This document shows, in pieces, positions 59,224 to 64,000 of a stretch of 64,000 bases of DNA. The translations under genes and the position numbers were made by a program. How positions within the stretch are numbered: the stretch's first letter is position 1; every line of letters starts with the position of its first letter. Below the pieces are notes generated by a model. The model did not search any database. It was not told where the DNA came from and saw only the letters and a list, made by a program, of their open reading frames with translations. Origin of the DNA: Capsulimonadales bacterium (GTDB lineage Bacteria > Armatimonadota > Armatimonadia > Armatimonadales > Armatimonadaceae); NCBI GenBank assembly GCA_033762295.1, contig JANRLW010000062.1, positions 1-64,000 of the forward strand. The letters are read 5' to 3'.

Positions 59224-60036
59224 ATGTCTATCACCTCGTTTGACCGCAATCAAAGTCAATCGAACACGCCGGAAACGGCCCCCTCGGCGATGTCCGGAGG
59301 CGTCGTACCGGGTTCCCTGACCGCCGTCGCTTCACCCGGCGCCCTCTCCCTTCATCCCAGTCCCTGCGGCAAAACCAGCAATGTCCGCATCGGACGGCAC
59401 TCGATCCACCTTCCGGTAACACTCGATCCCGGCCCCCTGTACGCTCCGACGAAACGGGCGATCGATGTTTTCGCCGCCGTTGCGCTGCTGATCGTGCTGT
59501 CGCCGGTGTTCGCCGTCGTCGCTCTGCTCATCTTTCTGGAGGATCGCGGACCCGTTTTCTACTACCAGACACGAGTCGGCAAGGACGGACAGCACTTTCT
59601 GTTCTACAAGTTCCGCAGCATGGTGACCCGGGCCGACCTGATCCGACATCAACTGGAAACGCAAAACGAAGCGGTCGGCCCGATCTTCAAAATGAAGAAC
59701 GACCCCCGGATCACCCGCGTCGGTCGCTTCATCCGCCGGTATTCGATCGATGAGCTGCCCCAGCTTTTCAACGTCCTTCGCGGGGAGATGAGCCTGGTCG
59801 GACCCCGCCCGCATCTGCCCCGCGAGGTCAACTACTATACCGATCCGCAAAAAGGTCGTCTGGCCGTTCAGCCGGGCCTGCTCTGCCTCCGGGAGATCCT
59901 GGGACGGTCGAACATGACGTTCGAGGAGTGGATCGAACTCGATCTGCTGTACATTCGTCATCGCTGCCTCCGCACCGATCTGATGATCCTGGCGCGCACC
60001 ATTCCCTCGATTCTCGCCGCCGACGGCGCTTATTGA
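59224..60036 (+). CDS. Priming polyprenol-phosphate sugar phosphotransferase (Bac_transf)
   Basis: KRAID, YKFRSM, DPRITRVG and DELPQLFNVLRGEMSLVGPRP. Confidence 0.92.
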   Translation: MSITSFDRNQSQSNTPETAPSAMSGGVVPGSLTAVASPGALSLHPSPCGKTSNVRIGRHSIHLPVTLDPGPLYAPTKRAIDVFAAVALLIVLSPVFAVVALLIFLEDRGPVFYYQTRVGKDGQHFLFYKFRSMVTRADLIRHQLETQNEAVGPIFKMKNDPRITRVGRFIRRYSIDELPQLFNVLRGEMSLVGPRPHLPREVNYYTDPQKGRLAVQPGLLCLREILGRSNMTFEEWIELDLLYIRHRCLRTDLMILARTIPSILAADGAY

Positions 60037-60050
60037 TGCCGTACCGCCGT

Positions 60051-60098
60051 AACAAAAGACCGGGCGCCGTCCGCGAGGAAACTGCGGACGGCGCCCGG
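60051..60098. terminator. Strong hairpin after the sugar transferase; T-tract on the minus strand
   Basis: 15-bp perfect stem 60060-60074 / 60084-60098; AACAAAAGA on its left side. Confidence 0.65.
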
Positions 60099-60163
60099 CG
60101 ATTTACGTCCGTTGAGAGAATTTCCACACCGTCGGAATTCACCGCAATTGGTTGTCCCCGGGC

Positions 60164-60192
60164 TTGCTGAAATGATTAATCCCCCGTATAGT
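60164..60192 (+). promoter_or_regulatory. Sigma70 promoter for the wzc operon
   Basis: TTGCTG-N17-TATAGT. Confidence 0.6.
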
Positions 60193-60645
60193 TTCTCTGG
60201 GTTACGAACGGCGGCACCACACCGGACCAACTCATACCGCACACCGGCAGCCGCCCTGAAACAAGTCGATTCGGGAAATTGCCTAAATCCGGCAGGAATC
60301 CCAACAAGTTCGGAAGAATACGGAATCATGCGACCGTCACCGGTCGCTCCTCCGGCGTCATGACCGCCGTCGCTCCTGCGCCGCCAATTCGATAGTCAAA
60401 CCTCCGAGCGTCGAACGTTTGGCTAAGCGAGGCTGTTTTGGTGTCTCTGTCGTCGGGACGAACGCCGTCCTCGGGGTTCGTCACAACCGGAATAATTTTG
60501 TTTTGTCGTGTCGATGCGGCTCCAGGTCGCAGGCGACGCGCGGTCGGTTCGTCGGCTTTCCGGTCGGCGAAGGGTTCGCGCGTCCATACCGCACTGTCGG
60601 AGCATCCGCTCACGGCTGCTGCGAGAACCCTGAAATAGGACTTCG

Positions 60646-62889
60646 ATGCAAGATTCTTTCCCCGCCTCACAAGAAACCCCTACTAACCTGACCTTGCGGG
60701 AGTATGGGGATATTCTGCGTCGCCGTCGGGCGATCATTCTCCAGACCTTCGTGATCGTTCTGGTAATCGGCATCCTGGTCAACCTGTATACGCCGCTGAC
60801 CTACAGCGCGTCCGCACGGCTTCTGACCGAGGCTCCCCGGTTCCAGATCAACACGGTCAACACCTCCGACCCCCTGAGCGACCTGTTCCAGACGAACCAG
60901 GTCTACTCCCTGCCGACGCAGGTACAGATGATCCAGGGGCCGGACATGATGAAGAAGGTCAAGGAGAAACTGGGGAACGCCCCGTTGCCGGCCTTCTCCG
61001 TCAAGCCGATCGAAGGGACGCAGATCATCGAGGCGACCGCCGAAGGGGAAAGTCAGGATGTCGTCGCCAACGCCCTCAATGTCCTCCTCGAAGCCTACAA
61101 AGAAGAAATCCTTCGACGAAGCACCGAAAAGCTGAAAAAAGCCCTCGACCTGGCGACCACTCAATCCAGGGAAGCACAGGCCAAAATCGAGGACCTGCAG
61201 CAAAAGACCAACCGATTCAAGCGACGAAACTCCGTCTACTCCTTTGATGCGAACAAAGAGGAGTATGTCGGCCGGGTCAAGGACCTCAACGACCAGTATC
61301 AGGCCGCTCTGTCCGACATGAAGGCGCTGACCGGCAAGATCGACGCCACAACGGCCGTGCTTCGGACCCAGAAAGCGACCCTGCTTCCGTTCATCAGCAA
61401 AACCGGCGACCCGCGGATTCAGGGGATCGATGACAAACTGGTCGAACTGGACGCCAGCCGACAGGCGCTCAAAAAAGCCAGCGGGTTCAAGGACGACATG
61501 CCCCAGGTGCAGGCGATCGATGCCCAGATTCAGCTCTACAAGATGCGGAAACTGGAACTGCTCAACTCCTATGTCGCCCGGAACGCCGTGCCCAACCCGG
61601 CGGCCCGTACCCTGTCCGATCAGATCGGTGCGCTCCGGATCGAAATGACCGGGCTTCAGGCAAGGACCAACGACGTTCGCCGACGTCTGGCCGAGGCGAA
61701 GGCCCGACTCGCCAACTTCCCGGATTGGGAGCGGGAATGGAGCAGCCTGAACGGTCAGTTGGCCAAGGCCCAGAGCGATTTCACTTACTTCTCCAACCAG
61801 TTGAACGTTCTGACACTTCGCTCCAAAGCGACCGAAGGCAGCGGACCGACCATCCTTCAGTACGCCGTGCCGCCGACCAAGCCGATTCGCCCGAACCGTG
61901 AACAGAACATTCTCTTCGCCGGTCTGCTCGGTGTCTTTTTCGGACTCTGTCTTGCCCTCCTTCAGGAACTGTTCGACGACCGGATCAATACCCCGGAAGA
62001 GTCCGAACGACTGCTCAATCTGCCGAGTCTGGGCTGGATTCCGATGATCGAGGAGGAGGGTCTGCGTCTGATCAAGGAAACCAGCAGTTTCTCCCCGCTC
62101 ATGGAATCGTATCGCTCTCTGCGAACGAACATCAATTTCGCGGCGGTCGGTCGCCCGGTACGCTCCCTGGTCGTCACCTCCTCACTCGCGGCGGAAGGCA
62201 AGTCCACCACCGTCGCCAACCTGGCCATGGCGATGGCGATGGAGCGCAAACGCGTCATCATCGTCGACGCCGACCTTCGCCGCCCCAGTCTGCATCGTCT
62301 GTTCAAGGTGGAGGCGACGCCGGGCCTGACCGACGTTCTGGTCGGTACGCACACCATCGATGAGGTGCTGCAGCCGGTCGAGGGCGTCGAGAATGTGTAT
62401 GTCATTCCGGCCGGTTCAACCCCGCCGAACCCCGCCGAACTTCTCGGGTCCGAGGAGATGGGGCGGTTCATGGAAACGCTGGAAACCAAGTGCGATGTCG
62501 CCCTGTTCGACTCGCCTCCGACCGTCATGGTGGCGGACAGCGTCGTCCTCGCGTCACGCGCCGATGGCGTCCTTCTGGTCATTGCGTTCGGCGAAACCAA
62601 GAAAGCCAATACCCGACAGGCGCTGCAGCGACTGGCCCGGGCGAACGCCAACGTGCTGGGCACCGTCCTCAACCGCATGGAAGGCCACGGCGGCGGGTAC
62701 TACGGCTACTACTACGGCAAGTACTATGTGCCGGTCTCCGATCGCGCCCGTCCGGCCACCGGAACGAACGGGAACGAGAGCGGCAATTCGCTGGCGTTGC
62801 CGCAGAACGCGTCCGATACCCCTCCCCTGACCGGAACGCCCACGGGCGTCGTTCGCTATGAAGACGACAAAACGGAGAAGAACGGATAA
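60646..62889 (+). CDS. wzc: Polysaccharide co-polymerase / tyrosine autokinase
   Basis: Two TMs with coiled coil; ESYRSLRTN, EGKST, DADLRRP, DSPP and a YYGYYYGKYY cluster. Confidence 0.92.
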   Translation: MQDSFPASQETPTNLTLREYGDILRRRRAIILQTFVIVLVIGILVNLYTPLTYSASARLLTEAPRFQINTVNTSDPLSDLFQTNQVYSLPTQVQMIQGPDMMKKVKEKLGNAPLPAFSVKPIEGTQIIEATAEGESQDVVANALNVLLEAYKEEILRRSTEKLKKALDLATTQSREAQAKIEDLQQKTNRFKRRNSVYSFDANKEEYVGRVKDLNDQYQAALSDMKALTGKIDATTAVLRTQKATLLPFISKTGDPRIQGIDDKLVELDASRQALKKASGFKDDMPQVQAIDAQIQLYKMRKLELLNSYVARNAVPNPAARTLSDQIGALRIEMTGLQARTNDVRRRLAEAKARLANFPDWEREWSSLNGQLAKAQSDFTYFSNQLNVLTLRSKATEGSGPTILQYAVPPTKPIRPNREQNILFAGLLGVFFGLCLALLQELFDDRINTPEESERLLNLPSLGWIPMIEEEGLRLIKETSSFSPLMESYRSLRTNINFAAVGRPVRSLVVTSSLAAEGKSTTVANLAMAMAMERKRVIIVDADLRRPSLHRLFKVEATPGLTDVLVGTHTIDEVLQPVEGVENVYVIPAGSTPPNPAELLGSEEMGRFMETLETKCDVALFDSPPTVMVADSVVLASRADGVLLVIAFGETKKANTRQALQRLARANANVLGTVLNRMEGHGGGYYGYYYGKYYVPVSDRARPATGTNGNESGNSLALPQNASDTPPLTGTPTGVVRYEDDKTEKNG

Positions 62890-62890
62890 T

Positions 62891-64000
62891 ATGATCAACC
62901 AAGCGCAGCGAACTCGCAAGTCCCTCCGCGGATGGCTGACTCTGGGTATCGTCCTGTGTGGTCTGCTTCGGACCGGAGTCGCCCGGGCGCAGGAGACCGC
63001 ACCCTCCGCACCCCCTGCCGGTAATCCGCCGGCAGCGCCCGCAGGCAGTCCCGCGACGCCCGGAACGCCCGCCACCGCCAATCCGGCCCCGGGCCTGATC
63101 ACGTCGCCGACCTACCGGATTCTGGTCGATGACGTTCTTCAGGTGACCGTCACCCCGCTCAACGGCGTCGGACAGGTCCATACCAATGAAACGCTGGCCG
63201 TTCTCTCCGACGGAACCGCCGATGTTCCGTTCCTCGGCGAGACCAAAGTGGTCGGTCTCACCCTTTCCGAGCTGAAGGGACGCATCAAGAAGGTGGCCGC
63301 CAAATATTTCGAGGACCCTCGTATCTCGATCGCCGTGCGTGCCCGTTTTCAAAAGACCGTCAATGTCAACTCCACCGTCCTGCCGAACCGGGGCAAAATC
63401 ATCCTCGGCGAGAACTGGAAGGTCCGCGATGTGATTTCCGCCGCCGGCAGCCTTCCGACCGACCGGTATGACCTTCTGGAAGCGTCTCTGTACCGGAATG
63501 CGACCGGGGAGGTCATCACTCTGGATCTCCAGCGGCTACTGGGGGACCTGGACCCGGCGCAAAACCTGCCGGTGGAAGCGGGCGACTTCCTGACGGTCAA
63601 GGAGATCGATCCCACCCGAACCCAGATTCAGGTGATCGGCCAGGTACAGAAACCCGGACCGGTTGTCATTCCGCGGAATCGCTCGCTCGTCGAAGTCCTT
63701 CAGGCGGCGGGTGGCCCGACCGAACGGGCCGCGCTTTCGGAAGTCCGGATCGAACGGGAAGGGAAGGACCTCATCGTCAATATGACCGACTACAGAAAGA
63801 CCGGTTTCGAACCCGCCGAGAAACTGAAGATGGGCGACCGCGTCATCGTTCCGGAGAATCGCAAGGAGATTCTGCTGCAGGGAGCGTTCGGACGGGGCGG
63901 TATCATGCCCTATCCGGATGACCAGACACTGACCCTAACCCAGGTGATCGCCAGAGCCGGCGGACAGGTGCAGGGCGCCGAACTGAAATCGACGCGAATC
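62891..64000 (+). CDS. Polysaccharide export protein (Poly_export plus SLBB domains, Wza-like); runs off the window
   Basis: Absent from the ORF track because there is no stop in the window. Reads MINQAQRTRK...signal, YRILVDDVLQV, DGTADVPFLG...GLTLSEL, VIGQVQKPG and LQAAGG. Confidence 0.85.
   Translation, partial: MINQAQRTRKSLRGWLTLGIVLCGLLRTGVARAQETAPSAPPAGNPPAAPAGSPATPGTPATANPAPGLITSPTYRILVDDVLQVTVTPLNGVGQVHTNETLAVLSDGTADVPFLGETKVVGLTLSELKGRIKKVAAKYFEDPRISIAVRARFQKTVNVNSTVLPNRGKIILGENWKVRDVISAAGSLPTDRYDLLEASLYRNATGEVITLDLQRLLGDLDPAQNLPVEAGDFLTVKEIDPTRTQIQVIGQVQKPGPVVIPRNRSLVEVLQAAGGPTERAALSEVRIEREGKDLIVNMTDYRKTGFEPAEKLKMGDRVIVPENRKEILLQGAFGRGGIMPYPDDQTLTLTQVIARAGGQVQGAELKSTRI

Noticed and set aside
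60030..60782. Minus-strand ORFs, ops element or c-di-GMP riboswitch in the wzc leader
   Set aside because: The ORFs lack SD and motifs; GCGGTA-like matches are on the wrong strand for ops; no GEMM consensus found.
1..64000. CRISPR array, prophage, integrase or IS element
   Set aside because: No repeat-spacer periodicity and no recombinase, transposase or phage motifs seen.

Overview
GC-rich bacterial chromosomal window with about 62 protein-coding genes and two tRNA genes. No CRISPR array, prophage, integrase or transposase is evident. A DUF1559-type prepilin-like protein with an H-X9-DG C-terminus, a GntR-LacI hybrid regulator and a PEP-CTERM-like protein suggest Armatimonadota or a similar lineage (inference). 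Main blocks: NTase-like gene plus sorE-like/srlD; amino-acid ABC transporter; ECF sigma/anti-sigma pair downstream of a DUF4178-small protein-DUF350-membrane SpeE-SpeD-multi-His membrane protein operon; PDZ protease with atypical LuxR; bcp; RIO1 kinase; pilin-like locus; HxlR-SnoaL-SDR cassette; nucleoside hydrolase-crcB; SLT, tRNA-Ser and M23; ECF-anti-sigma-DegP; tRNA-Arg(GCG); GH51, sugar ABC and GH29; pnuC-gmhA-gmhB, hddA and the start of a wzc/wza polysaccharide locus. Best leads: the membrane-associated aminopropyl-transfer operon, a probable leader-peptide attenuator on the RIO1 kinase, the rare tRNA-Arg(GCG), the pnuC-gmhA-gmhB coupling and a ~450-nt structured leader before wzc. All calls come from reading motifs by eye; no database searches were run.
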